A stretch of DNA of 64,000 bases from an uncultured delta proteobacterium (GCA_963826785.1 CAWGYD010000001.1:128001-192000), one strand, 5' to 3'. Shown: positions 9,306 to 19,706, numbered from the stretch's first letter. Translations and numbers: made by a program. Notes: generated by a model from the letters alone, not told the origin.

Positions 9306-10550
9306 GTGGAAACCCCGCTCATCGAATTCCGCAACGTCACGAAACGCTTCGACGGGGTCGTCGTCCTCGATGGCGTGGATGCATCGATGTATGAGAACCA
9401 GATCACCACGATCATCGGTAAAAGCGGAACCGGAAAAAGCGTGCTGCTCAAGCACTGTGTCGGACTGATGCACCCGGATGAGGGGGACATCCTGATGGAA
9501 GGGATACCGGTGAGGGTGATGAAAAAGACCGGCAAATGGCATCAGTATAAACGATGCATCAGCTATATGTTCCAGGACAACGCCCTTTTCGATTCCATGA
9601 CCATATTCGAAAACGTGGCCCTGCCATTGCGGCAGACCACGCGGCTCAAATCAAGCCGGATCAGGGAAAAGGTCATGGCGCGCATCGAGCAGACCGAACT
9701 CGGCCCCGCGGTCAACAAGTATCCCGCCGAGCTTTCAGCCGGAATGCAAAAAAGGGTGGCCCTGGCGCGGGCGCTGGTGACGGATCCGAAAGTGGTGCTG
9801 TTCGACGAACCCACCACCGGACAGGACCTGGTGCGCCGGAACAGCATCCTGAGCATGATCGCCGATTCCAAAAAACGGTTCGGGTTCACCGCCATCCTGA
9901 TCAGCCATGACATCCCGGACATTTTTTTCATCTCAGACCGGATCCTGATGCTCTGGGAGAAAAAGATCATTTTCCAGGGGACTTATGAGGAGGCCATCCG
10001 GCTTGAACATCCGATGATCATCGAACTGCTGCAAAGTCTTTCGGAATTGGAGAACGAAGTGACCCGGAGCCGCTACAGGCAGATGTTCAAATCCCGATAT
10101 GCCACGATATTCGGCCCCCGGCCGGCGGACCCAACCGGCGTGGCGGTCGCATACGGCATCGATTATGATGTTCCGGGCGGTTTTCGACAGGCGGCGACAA
10201 TGGCAGGAATAAAGTCGATCGAGGCGTTTATGGGCAACTACATGAAAGAAGTCGGCGGTATGACGGTGAGGCAGGATACGGGGCGGATGGTCACCTTGAT
10301 TCCCCATATCGATATTGAGGAAGCACGGAAAATCGTCGCGGAATTCGGAAATGTTCTGGAAGCGCAAACCCTGCCCGGGGCGGCGCACCATTTCAAGGCG
10401 GAAACGGGTGCTGCGGTGCCCGACATCATGATTTCCGCCGGCATTTCGGACATAACGCCTGGCGCTGAACTGGAGCAGATTTTGAAAAAAGCCGGGGCGG
10501 TCCGGCAGCCGATCGCCCATTATGACGCCGGCGGGGGAGATATATCATGA
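9306..10550 (+). CDS. mlaF: MlaF-family ABC ATPase with C-terminal GGDEF-like extension
   Basis: GTG at 9306 after GGAGG; Walker A GKSGTGKS, FQDNALFDS, LSAGMQKRVALAR, LFDEPTTG, SHD; ~165 extra C-terminal residues. Confidence 0.88.
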   Translation: METPLIEFRNVTKRFDGVVVLDGVDASMYENQITTIIGKSGTGKSVLLKHCVGLMHPDEGDILMEGIPVRVMKKTGKWHQYKRCISYMFQDNALFDSMTIFENVALPLRQTTRLKSSRIREKVMARIEQTELGPAVNKYPAELSAGMQKRVALARALVTDPKVVLFDEPTTGQDLVRRNSILSMIADSKKRFGFTAILISHDIPDIFFISDRILMLWEKKIIFQGTYEEAIRLEHPMIIELLQSLSELENEVTRSRYRQMFKSRYATIFGPRPADPTGVAVAYGIDYDVPGGFRQAATMAGIKSIEAFMGNYMKEVGGMTVRQDTGRMVTLIPHIDIEEARKIVAEFGNVLEAQTLPGAAHHFKAETGAAVPDIMISAGISDITPGAELEQILKKAGAVRQPIAHYDAGGGDIS

Positions 10551-11026
10551 AAAGAAGCACACTGGACATATGGGTGGGAATTTTCGTCGTGATCGGAATC
10601 GCCTGCATCGGCTACCTGACCACCGTTTTCGGAAAAGTGCAGTATTTCGGGTCGCCCAGCTATCCGCTCTATGCGCGTTTTACTTCGGCTTCCGGACTCA
10701 GAGCGGGCAGCCCCATTGATATTTACGGCATCGAGGTGGGAACTGTGGGCAGCCTTTCCATCGACCAGGAACGGGCGATGGCCGTGGTCGAACTAAATGT
10801 CCGAAAGGGATTGAAAGTCTATGATGATGCAAATGCCGCCATCAAAACCGCGGGTCTGATCGGGGACCGGTACGTGAGCATCGACCCCGGTGGGGCCGGA
10901 GAATTGCTCCGGCCCGGCGGATGGATTCCCCAGACATCTGCTCCCATCGATATCGAGGACCTGATCGGCAAATTTGCATTCGGCAACATATCCGGTCCGT
11001 CCGGTTCAAACGAAGGCATAAAGTGA
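10547..11026 (+). CDS. mlaD: MlaD/MCE substrate-binding protein
   Basis: N-terminal TM; GLRAGSPIDIYGIEVGTV; IKTAGLIGDRYVSIDPG. Confidence 0.93.
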   Translation: MKRSTLDIWVGIFVVIGIACIGYLTTVFGKVQYFGSPSYPLYARFTSASGLRAGSPIDIYGIEVGTVGSLSIDQERAMAVVELNVRKGLKVYDDANAAIKTAGLIGDRYVSIDPGGAGELLRPGGWIPQTSAPIDIEDLIGKFAFGNISGPSGSNEGIK

Positions 11027-11046
11027 CATGCATACAAGGAGGCAAA

Positions 11047-11625
11047 ATGAAACGGATGATGATACTGTGCATTCTTCTGCTCTGGCCAGCCGCTTTTGCA
11101 GTCGCGGCCGAGGGGCCGCGGGCGATGGTGAAAACTCATGTGGACGAAGTGGTCCGAGTCTTGAACGATCCGGCGCTTGAGGGGAAACCCCAGGCCAAGC
11201 TTGAAAAAATCAAAGACATTTCCAAAACCTTTTTTGACTACGAAGAGCTTTCGAAGCGGTCTTTAGGCGCTAATTGGCGCCGTTTTACCCCCGAGCAGCA
11301 GAAAACCTTCGTGTCCCTGTATCAGAAGCTTTTGGAGAAGGCCTATGGGGACCGGATCCTTGAATACAGCAACGAGAAAATCGATATCGGAAAAGAAAGA
11401 CCGCTTTCCCCCACAACGGTGGTGGTGCCGACCACGGTGGTGAGACAGGGCGGCAATATCTCCATCGACTACCGGCTGACACAAGAGAACGGGAAATGGC
11501 TGGTGTACGACGTCGTCATCGAGGGGGTCAGCCTGGTGAGCAACTACCGGGCGCAGTTCCGTGATATTCTGGCGAACAGCTCACCGGATGAGCTGATTGA
11601 AAAGCTCAGGAAAAAGGTGAGTTGA
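11047..11625 (+). CDS. mlaC: MlaC/Ttg2D periplasmic lipid shuttle
   Basis: Signal peptide; SLGANWRRFTPEQQ; WLVYDVVIEGVSLVSNYRAQF. Confidence 0.92.
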   Translation: MKRMMILCILLLWPAAFAVAAEGPRAMVKTHVDEVVRVLNDPALEGKPQAKLEKIKDISKTFFDYEELSKRSLGANWRRFTPEQQKTFVSLYQKLLEKAYGDRILEYSNEKIDIGKERPLSPTTVVVPTTVVRQGGNISIDYRLTQENGKWLVYDVVIEGVSLVSNYRAQFRDILANSSPDELIEKLRKKVS

Positions 11626-11636
11626 TTCGGGTAGGC

Positions 11637-14600
11637 ATGGCCAGGAAAATATTAAAGATTTTAGGCATAGGGGCAGGCGTTCTTCTTCTGCTGATCGCCT
11701 TTGTGATCATCGGGGTCGACCTCTACCTGAGAACGCCCCAGGCCGGGAACCTGATCCGGGAGAAGCTCAACGGAGCCATTCCCGGAAGGGTCGCCTGGGA
11801 TGCGGCGGACATCTCCCTTTTCCAGGGGCGGATTCATCTGAAGGATGCCGTGATCTACGGTCCGGACGGACAAAAGATCATCACCGCCGATGCCATGACG
11901 GTCAATATCGGACTTGCCGGACTGCTGCACGGAACGATAGTGCTCGAAAACGCCCAGTTTTTAAAGCCCCGGCTCTACCTGGCAACCGACAAAAATGGAA
12001 CCCTCAATCTCTCCAAAGCCTTTTCAGCGCCGCTCCCCCCGGGGCAGCCGCCGCCTCCGAAGACCCCTTTTCCTTTCGGCATCCGGATCGATCATCTCCA
12101 GGTCATCGACGGGATGCTGCAATACGAGAGGGCGCCTTCATCGCCCAAGTCGCCTCCCGGGTCGGTCATGCTCAGAAACATCGCCATTACCCTGGATGAG
12201 GCGGACCTGGCCGGCAGGTCGGGACGCCTGGATCTTTCGGCGGGCAGTGGAAAAATCGACATGGGCGGGATCAACACGGCCGTTGAAGAGATATTTGTGC
12301 ATGGCGCCCTTGAAAACGGGGATCTAAACCCGCTCAAGGCACGCATCATCACCACCGGGCCGCATATCGCCCTGACCGGATCAATCGCCGACCTCTTTGA
12401 CCGGCCGGATGTGGATCTAAACCTAAGCCTTGAAGGCAACCTGTCGTTTGTCCGAAAAATGTTTGCGCTTACCATGCCCATGTCCGGACCCATTGAAATC
12501 AAAGCCGGTGTTTCCGGCCGGATGGACAACCCCGCCATCACCCTCGATGCCGCCTACGGGGGCGGCGCCCTTCCCGGGATCAGCGTCAATGCCATCGATC
12601 TGGCCGCACAATTGAAGGATCAGCGGCTGCGGATACAAAAACTGGCCATCGATGCGGCGCCGGGAAGCCTGACCGGTGAAGGGGTCATCCACCTGGCGGA
12701 TGCCTTCGGGAAGGGGGGGCTGTTCGGGGGAAATTTTGATGTAAACGCGCTTTCCTATGATTTGAGCGTTCAGACCGCGGACCTGGCCCTTTCCAAACTT
12801 CCCTGGACCAGCGGCCTGCTGGCCGGACACGTCAACGGAACCATTGGGCTTTCCGGAACCGGGGTGAGGCCCAAAACCCTGAAGGCCGATGCGAAGCTCG
12901 ATCTTTCCAGCCGGAGGTTTTCCGTTTCAAATGCCATCCCCCCGGTGCCCGTGGCCCTTTCCGGAGAGGCGCATATGGATGGCGGAAACATCAATGTCCA
13001 TCCGCTGTCATTGAAAACCGGGGGGGCACAACTCGATGTGACCGGCGATTACCATATCTACGGCAACACCATGGACATATCCGCCGATCTTGACACCCCG
13101 ACCCTGGCTCCCCTGGCCGGCCCTCTCGATCTGCCGGTGCAGTCCGGGCCGGCCCGCCTGAGCGCAAAGATTGCCGGCCCGGTGATGCAGCCGGTGGTCA
13201 ATGCAGTGCTCAAAATGCAGGATGGCAGATACCGGTCAATCGCCATCGGTGACCTTTCAATGGAAGCCATGCTGGAAAAATCCGGCAGGCTGGTCGTCAA
13301 AGAACTCAAAATCGACAACAAGGGATCAAAGATCCGGGCCGAAGGGCGTATCGACCTGTTTGACGGCGGGTTTTCCCATTTCAATTCAAATCTTCCCGCA
13401 AATCTGACCACCACCTTCAAGGATGTACAACCCGGCCGCTTCATTTCCGGTCTTCCCGCATCCGGAACCATAAACGGCCGCATCCACCTGGCCGACAGCA
13501 TCATGTCTCCCATGGCGGAGCTGTCGCTTTCCGGTTCCGGGCTTGCCTATCAGGATATGCGCATCGGTACCCTGGAGTCCAAGATGTCGCTGGACAAGGG
13601 GATTCTGGCATTCCGGCAGGTTTCGCTGCAAAACCAAAAATCCCGCGTAAACATCACCGGGACCATTGATATCCTGAAACCCGGGAGCCTGTCCATGGCT
13701 GAAAATCCCGGAATCAACCTGAAGTTTGGCAATACGGTGATCTATGCCGGAGATTTTTCGGACCTTATGTCCGGCAGGCTGGCGGTCTCCGGAAGCGTTG
13801 AGGGCCGTCTGCGCGATATCTCCGCAAACCTTGCCATCGACGGGCAAAATCTGGCCGCAAAAAACCAGTCCATCGGAAACCTCACGGCCGATGCCACCCT
13901 GTCCGGCGGCAGGGTCCGGGTACAAACCCTGACCATTCAAAACGGGAAATCGAAACTGACCCTGACCGGTACAGCCGACCTGTTTGCGCAAAACACCCTG
14001 ACCCTGCTGGATTCCCCCCCCGTCGATCTGAAACTGACCGGACAGCCCATCCGGTTGTCTGATTTTGACCCATCGCTTTCCGGAGAGATATCCATCGAGG
14101 CGGCCATCGACGGCACTTTAAAATCCCCCCGGGGTGAAATTTCCCTGAAAGGCAGCGGCCTCGATCTGGGGGTTCAGAAGATCGAGGGCATCGAAATGGA
14201 TTCGCGCCTGGAAGACGGGCGGATTTATCTTAAACCGGCCGTCATCACGATCGCTGCCGGATCACAGGTCCGGGCAAGCGGCTGGGTGTCGATGCAAAAA
14301 GCCTATAACCTTCAAATCGCCTCCGACGGCATCGCCCTGTCCAGCATCGGCGCGCTTCAGAAAACCGGATTGACCGGCGGAGAAATCAAGCTTGATCTTT
14401 CCGGCGACGGCAGCCTGGCCAAACCGGAGTTGACGGGCTCGGTCCGGGTGTCCGGCCTGAGCGCAAACGGCAAAACGCTCCCTGCGCTCGATGTGAAGAT
14501 GGCCGTGCAAGAACAGAGAGCCCAAATCAACGGAAACCTGGGGTTTCCGCTCAATGCGCAATACAACCTGAACACCCGCGATTTTTCCATGAATGCGAAG

Positions 14601-16358
14601 TTTTCCGAAACCGATCTGGATCTGTACTTTGAGCTTGCCGGCATGCAGGGGCTTTCCGGTCAGATCACCGGCAGCATGTCGGCCTCGGGAAATGCATCCG
14701 ATTATAAAAGTGCCCGGGCGCACCTGGAAATCGCCGGTCTGACCATTGAGCAGAATCAACATCAACTGGTTCATGCCGCAGACGTGAAGGCCGATTTTGA
14801 AAACGGGCAATATTTCATCGCAGAAAACCGCATCACCCTTCTTCGGGACGGATACATCGATGTGGGCGGCAGCGGAAGCATATCAGGAAACATCGATATC
14901 CGCCTGGACGGGAACATCCCCATGAAGGTGGTGACGGCTTTTGCGCCGGGCATTCAAAACACGGCCGGCAATATTGCCATGCGAGCCGGTGTTGCCGGAA
15001 CGGTAAACGATCCGAGCATCGATGGGGAAATCAATTTTGAAACGGTGGGAATGACGATGCCCATGCTCAACCAGAAACTCCACGACCTGACCGGCCGGAT
15101 ACGGATCACCCAAGACGCGGTGAACCTTCAAAACATCACCGGTGGGCTGGATACGGGAACGTTCAGCATGGACGGCGGGATCGATCTTAAAAATCTGCAG
15201 CCGGAGCGGGCCGACATTACACTGACCGCCCACACGCTCCCCATACAAATTCCGGACATGCTCAATCTGGAAATCGATGCCGACCTGACCCTGCAGGGAA
15301 CACCGGCCGATTCGACGATGTCGGGGACGGTCACCGTGCTGGACGGACTCTACTACAAGGATATCAATTTAAATGTCATCCAGAAAGTGGGTGAAATCGG
15401 CCAGCGCACACGGGAAGTCTCGCCCCCGTCTCAGATGCCGTCCATCAACGCCCCGTTTGCGAAAAATCTGCATTTCGATGTGGCCATCACCTATCGCAAT
15501 CCGCTGGTGGTGAACAACAACCTGGCCCTGCTCCAGGTCAAGCCCGAACTGCGCTTTAAAGGGACCCTCAGCCAGCCGGACCTGACCGGCCGTGCGGAAG
15601 TTTCCCAGGGGACCATCACCTATCGGAACACCCAGTTCGACGTCCAGAAGGGCGTGGTCGATTTCATCAATCCCTACCGGATCGAGCCGACCATCGATAT
15701 CGAAGCCCGATCACAGGTGCGCCAGTGGACCATCATCCTTTCCATAACGGGGACGCCCGAAAACCTGAAATTCGAACTCCGCTCAAACCCGCAGGAATCG
15801 GATGCCGATATCCTTTCCCTGCTCCTTCTGGGAAAAACCACCGCCGAACTCAACCAGGGCGGGGGGGCGGGTGCGGCCCAGGCCCCCGAGCAGATGCTGG
15901 CCCAGGTCCTGGCCGGGAAAGTCGCCAAAGACATCCAGTCGACCACCGGCCTGGATGTCCAGATCAAATACAACACCGAACAGGGTGGCGGGGCAACGGG
16001 AATCACACCGGAAAGCGGGGCGGAAACGGGCCCCGGCACCCAGACCGGCATGGTTCCCGGGGCGACTCCCGGGACCACCGCCCCGGGCCAGGAAACCGGA
16101 CCGGGAGCCCTTGCGGCCGGGCAGGCCGCCGGTGGTCCGGAAAGCGCGGCAGCCCCTTCCGGGACGGTCATGGTCACCGTGGGCAAGGAACTTTCCCGGC
16201 GGTTGTCCGTGCAGTACGGGGTGGGACGCAGGAGCGGCCAGATCGTCCAGCAGAATACCGCCATCTACAAGCTTTTGGAAGACCTGTCGGTGGACGCCTA
16301 CCAGGATACCAGCGGGACCTTCGGGGGCGAACTGCGCTACAAGGTCCAATTCAGGTAA
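11637..16358 (+). CDS. tamB: TamB/AsmA-like bridge protein (DUF490-type C-terminus)
   Basis: N-terminal TM anchor; ~1570 aa of repeated beta-taco-like segments; C-terminal LRSNPQESDADILSLLLLG...VGKELSRRLSVQY...ELRYKVQFR. Confidence 0.88.
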   Translation: MARKILKILGIGAGVLLLLIAFVIIGVDLYLRTPQAGNLIREKLNGAIPGRVAWDAADISLFQGRIHLKDAVIYGPDGQKIITADAMTVNIGLAGLLHGTIVLENAQFLKPRLYLATDKNGTLNLSKAFSAPLPPGQPPPPKTPFPFGIRIDHLQVIDGMLQYERAPSSPKSPPGSVMLRNIAITLDEADLAGRSGRLDLSAGSGKIDMGGINTAVEEIFVHGALENGDLNPLKARIITTGPHIALTGSIADLFDRPDVDLNLSLEGNLSFVRKMFALTMPMSGPIEIKAGVSGRMDNPAITLDAAYGGGALPGISVNAIDLAAQLKDQRLRIQKLAIDAAPGSLTGEGVIHLADAFGKGGLFGGNFDVNALSYDLSVQTADLALSKLPWTSGLLAGHVNGTIGLSGTGVRPKTLKADAKLDLSSRRFSVSNAIPPVPVALSGEAHMDGGNINVHPLSLKTGGAQLDVTGDYHIYGNTMDISADLDTPTLAPLAGPLDLPVQSGPARLSAKIAGPVMQPVVNAVLKMQDGRYRSIAIGDLSMEAMLEKSGRLVVKELKIDNKGSKIRAEGRIDLFDGGFSHFNSNLPANLTTTFKDVQPGRFISGLPASGTINGRIHLADSIMSPMAELSLSGSGLAYQDMRIGTLESKMSLDKGILAFRQVSLQNQKSRVNITGTIDILKPGSLSMAENPGINLKFGNTVIYAGDFSDLMSGRLAVSGSVEGRLRDISANLAIDGQNLAAKNQSIGNLTADATLSGGRVRVQTLTIQNGKSKLTLTGTADLFAQNTLTLLDSPPVDLKLTGQPIRLSDFDPSLSGEISIEAAIDGTLKSPRGEISLKGSGLDLGVQKIEGIEMDSRLEDGRIYLKPAVITIAAGSQVRASGWVSMQKAYNLQIASDGIALSSIGALQKTGLTGGEIKLDLSGDGSLAKPELTGSVRVSGLSANGKTLPALDVKMAVQEQRAQINGNLGFPLNAQYNLNTRDFSMNAKFSETDLDLYFELAGMQGLSGQITGSMSASGNASDYKSARAHLEIAGLTIEQNQHQLVHAADVKADFENGQYFIAENRITLLRDGYIDVGGSGSISGNIDIRLDGNIPMKVVTAFAPGIQNTAGNIAMRAGVAGTVNDPSIDGEINFETVGMTMPMLNQKLHDLTGRIRITQDAVNLQNITGGLDTGTFSMDGGIDLKNLQPERADITLTAHTLPIQIPDMLNLEIDADLTLQGTPADSTMSGTVTVLDGLYYKDINLNVIQKVGEIGQRTREVSPPSQMPSINAPFAKNLHFDVAITYRNPLVVNNNLALLQVKPELRFKGTLSQPDLTGRAEVSQGTITYRNTQFDVQKGVVDFINPYRIEPTIDIEARSQVRQWTIILSITGTPENLKFELRSNPQESDADILSLLLLGKTTAELNQGGGAGAAQAPEQMLAQVLAGKVAKDIQSTTGLDVQIKYNTEQGGGATGITPESGAETGPGTQTGMVPGATPGTTAPGQETGPGALAAGQAAGGPESAAAPSGTVMVTVGKELSRRLSVQYGVGRRSGQIVQQNTAIYKLLEDLSVDAYQDTSGTFGGELRYKVQFR

Positions 16359-16368
16359 AGGAGTGGAT

Positions 16369-19179
16369 ATGCGGCTGAAGGTATACGGGCGGTTCGGATG
16401 GATTTTAGGGGTGCTGCTGTTCACTGTGGTGCCCGGCAGAATTCTTTTCGCCCAGACCCCGCCCCATCCCGTCGTATCGAATATTAAGGTTCACATCATG
16501 AACCCGCCGGGGTATGGCAAGGACTGGGAGGCGATCGCCCGGAGCCTGATTTTCCTGGAAGAAGGAAAACCCTTTTCGGACAAGGACTTCAGCCAGTCCA
16601 TCCAGGCGCTGAGAAATTCCAAGCTGTTTAAAAAAATCGATGTCCCCGATCCGGATTGGGCACGCCCGCCGGTAACCCTGGTGTTTAATCTGGTTCCCTT
16701 TGCGCGGATTGAAAACATCCTCATTACCGGCGGGTTCCCGATTCTTGAAAGCGAGATGCGCAGCGTGATGACCATCGCCGCTGGAGATCCCTATATCCCG
16801 GAGGTGCTTCCCGATCAGCTCCGGTTTTTGGAAAAGCTTTTCCGCAGTCAGGGATTCATCAACCCCAAGGTGACCATCCATTCGGACCAGGTTCCCGAAA
16901 CCGGCAATTACGTCATCGTGATCGATGTCGACCGGGGCGATTTTTACCGGATCGAGGCGATCACGCTTGAGGGCAATGATTCCATTTCCGGGTTCTGGAT
17001 CAAGCCCCGGCTGACCACCTGGCAGTCCTCCTTTCTGTACGGCGGGCCGTCGCGGCTGGTGGATGAGGACGTTAAAAAGGACACCCAGAAAATTCTCGAT
17101 TATTACCGGAGCGAACATTATGCCGATGCGAAGGTCACCGCCACCATCGATCGGAACCGGGAGGCGCGCACCGCGGCCGTTACCTTCAATATCCGCGAAG
17201 GGCCCCTCTATGAGGTTGAGTTTGAAGGAAACCAGGCATTCTGGGATTACACCCTGAAAAAGGACCTGGTGATTTACCAGGAGGGAAACCAGAGCGATTT
17301 CGGCCTGCTCAAGAGTATCCGCAACATCAATGAGCGTTACCGGAAAGCCGGCTATCTCGATGCCAAAATCGAAAAACAGAGCAAGCGGATCGAAGAAGGA
17401 GGGCATCCCGTCCGGCAAGTCAAGCTGAACATCACCGAAGGTCCCCGCTACATCGTCAACAGCGTCTTTATCGAGGGAAACCGGTTTTTTTCAAGTGACA
17501 AGATCAAAAAGCAGATGCTGACCGCTCCCCCGGGATTTTTTTCTTCCGGTGCGTACGTCCCCGCCACCCTGGAGGAGGACGTCCGGGCGATTAAAACGCT
17601 TTACAGCCAAAACGGTTTTCAAAACACCGGCATGAACAGCCGGATAGAGGATCACCCGTGCAAAACGGATCCGGGTATCATGATGGTGGATGTGCGCCTC
17701 AAGATCGCCGAAGGCCCGCAGACCATCGTTTCCAATTCGACGGTGAAGGGAAAGGTGCCGCTGGATGAAGCGGCGGTTCAAAATGTGATTAAACAGGAGC
17801 CGGGAACCCCGTATCAGCCTTCGGTGGTGGAAAATACCAAAACCAATCTCGCCGCCAGGGTTTCGGAGAAAGGGTATCCTCGAGTAGCCGTCAATCCCGA
17901 GGTCGCCATCAGCAAGGACCAGACAAAAGCCGATATTGTCTACCAGGTGGATGCCGGACCTTACGTGGAGATGGGGCGCACCTCTTTTGTCGGCAATTTT
18001 CTGACCCGGAGAAGCGTTCTGATGCAGGAGATGGAACTCGAGGCCGGAGACCCCTTTTCTTTGAAGGAGCTGCTTTCCTCCCAGCGCAGCATCCGGGACA
18101 TCAATGCCCTGGAGTCGGTGCAGTTCGAGACCTTCGGCCTGGAGGAAAACGAGTCCCCGGTGGCCATGCTGGCCCAGGTGCATGAACGAAAGCCGTATTA
18201 CGCGCAGTTTGCCGCCGGGTATGACACCTGGCGCAATTTTTACGTGGACACGGCGGTGGGGACCATCAATTTTCTGGGCTTGAACCAGGAGATCCGGGCG
18301 GAGCTGCAGTGGAGCCAGATCGGTTACCTGGGGCAGCTCGGCATCACCGACCCGCACATTTTCGGATCCCGCATCGTGGCAAACGGCGTCGTCTACAGGG
18401 AACAGCTGGAGGAATTCAACCAGAATTTCGGCACAACCACCACCGGCGCCGGAATCGGCCTGACCCGGCAGTTCTCGAAATATTACACGGCCACCTTGAA
18501 CACCCGCTATGAACTCAGGGATCAGTACCGGACCGGCGGCACACCCATCCCGCCCGAAGAAGCCTCCCAGTACCAGTCCCGCTCCGTGGTGGTCACCACG
18601 CCGGGCATGATCTACAACAGCGTCGATTCATTCATCAAGCCCACCGAAGGCATCAATTCCCAGTTCACCGTGGACATTTCCCGGGGGCTTCAGAATTCAC
18701 TGGACAATTTTCTCAAATACCGCCTGGATACCCGGTATTACCTGACCCCGTTTGCACCGGTGACATTCGCCTTCCATGCGCTGTACGGCTACATCAGCCC
18801 CTCCAATGCCGCCAGCACCGTCCCCCAGGATCAGCTCTTTTACCTGGGGGGCGCCACCGATGTCCGGGGGTTCGGGGAAAACGAACTGCGAACCGATGCA
18901 CAAGGCGATCCGGTGGGAGGGGAAACCGCCATACTGGGAAGTGTGGAGCTGCGCTACAACATCGGGAAGAATCTCCAGCCGGTCACGTTTTATGACACGG
19001 GCGCCATCCGCCGGCCGCTGGTAAATGCCGGATCGGGCAGTTTCCGGTCTTCGGTGGGCGGCGGCTTACGCTATATCACCCCGGTGGGCCCCATCGGCAT
19101 CCTGTACGGCCATAAACTCAACCGCCGGCCCGGGGAAAGTTCCGGGGCGTTTAGTTTTACCATCGGGTATTCTTTCTGA
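16369..19179 (+). CDS. Omp85 (BamA/TamA-family) outer membrane protein with multiple POTRA domains
   Basis: ATG 16369 after AAGGAG; repeated POTRA-like segments (EGPLYEV, EGPRYIV, EGPQTIV); DVRGF motif; GLRYITPVGPI; C-terminal FSFTIGYSF. Confidence 0.9.
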   Translation: MRLKVYGRFGWILGVLLFTVVPGRILFAQTPPHPVVSNIKVHIMNPPGYGKDWEAIARSLIFLEEGKPFSDKDFSQSIQALRNSKLFKKIDVPDPDWARPPVTLVFNLVPFARIENILITGGFPILESEMRSVMTIAAGDPYIPEVLPDQLRFLEKLFRSQGFINPKVTIHSDQVPETGNYVIVIDVDRGDFYRIEAITLEGNDSISGFWIKPRLTTWQSSFLYGGPSRLVDEDVKKDTQKILDYYRSEHYADAKVTATIDRNREARTAAVTFNIREGPLYEVEFEGNQAFWDYTLKKDLVIYQEGNQSDFGLLKSIRNINERYRKAGYLDAKIEKQSKRIEEGGHPVRQVKLNITEGPRYIVNSVFIEGNRFFSSDKIKKQMLTAPPGFFSSGAYVPATLEEDVRAIKTLYSQNGFQNTGMNSRIEDHPCKTDPGIMMVDVRLKIAEGPQTIVSNSTVKGKVPLDEAAVQNVIKQEPGTPYQPSVVENTKTNLAARVSEKGYPRVAVNPEVAISKDQTKADIVYQVDAGPYVEMGRTSFVGNFLTRRSVLMQEMELEAGDPFSLKELLSSQRSIRDINALESVQFETFGLEENESPVAMLAQVHERKPYYAQFAAGYDTWRNFYVDTAVGTINFLGLNQEIRAELQWSQIGYLGQLGITDPHIFGSRIVANGVVYREQLEEFNQNFGTTTTGAGIGLTRQFSKYYTATLNTRYELRDQYRTGGTPIPPEEASQYQSRSVVVTTPGMIYNSVDSFIKPTEGINSQFTVDISRGLQNSLDNFLKYRLDTRYYLTPFAPVTFAFHALYGYISPSNAASTVPQDQLFYLGGATDVRGFGENELRTDAQGDPVGGETAILGSVELRYNIGKNLQPVTFYDTGAIRRPLVNAGSGSFRSSVGGGLRYITPVGPIGILYGHKLNRRPGESSGAFSFTIGYSF

Positions 19180-19244
19180 GAAGGCCGGCGCTTTGATCCA
19201 GATCCGCAGGACGCGGCATACGGTTTGATTTTTGTGCAAAAAAA

Positions 19245-19706
19245 TCAGGCGCAGTCGCTTTTGAGGACTTTGACCAGGTGCCGGATATAGCGGATGCTGG
19301 AGAGGATCAGGGCGGTTCCGATGGCCGCATAAACCGGTGCCAGAATGATTTTAGGGATGGCCGAGTGGCGAAGGAAAATGCCCATGCCCATCATGATCGC
19401 AATCAGCAGGTAGCTTTTTGCCGGTATGAATGAAAAAACGCACCGGGGGCCTTCCATGGGAAGAATCCGGCGGATGTTCCGGTCCACGATTTTTAAAAAC
19501 CCGAAATGATGGATGGCCAGCGCCCCGGCAAAACCGATGGCAAAAACGATCAGGATTCCGGCGGCAGTCTGATGTTTCAGCCAGGTATAGGAGATCGCAT
19601 CGAGCATGACCCCGATGCCGATCCACATGATTCCGGCAATGAGAAGCAGCGCGGCCCGGGGCACCCCGGGCTTGAATTTTTCCATATGATGCATGGTCTT
19701 TTTCAT
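19245..19706 (-). CDS. Hypothetical membrane protein (~4 TM)
   Basis: Four hydrophobic segments; fills the gap between flanking genes. Confidence 0.7.
   Translation of the reverse strand: MKKTMHHMEKFKPGVPRAALLLIAGIMWIGIGVMLDAISYTWLKHQTAAGILIVFAIGFAGALAIHHFGFLKIVDRNIRRILPMEGPRCVFSFIPAKSYLLIAIMMGMGIFLRHSAIPKIILAPVYAAIGTALILSSIRYIRHLVKVLKSDCA

Noticed and set aside
15802..16368. N-terminal 189 aa of the 1125-aa ORF
   Set aside because: Out-of-frame overlap with the tamB 3' end; RBS and signal peptide indicate a start at 16369.
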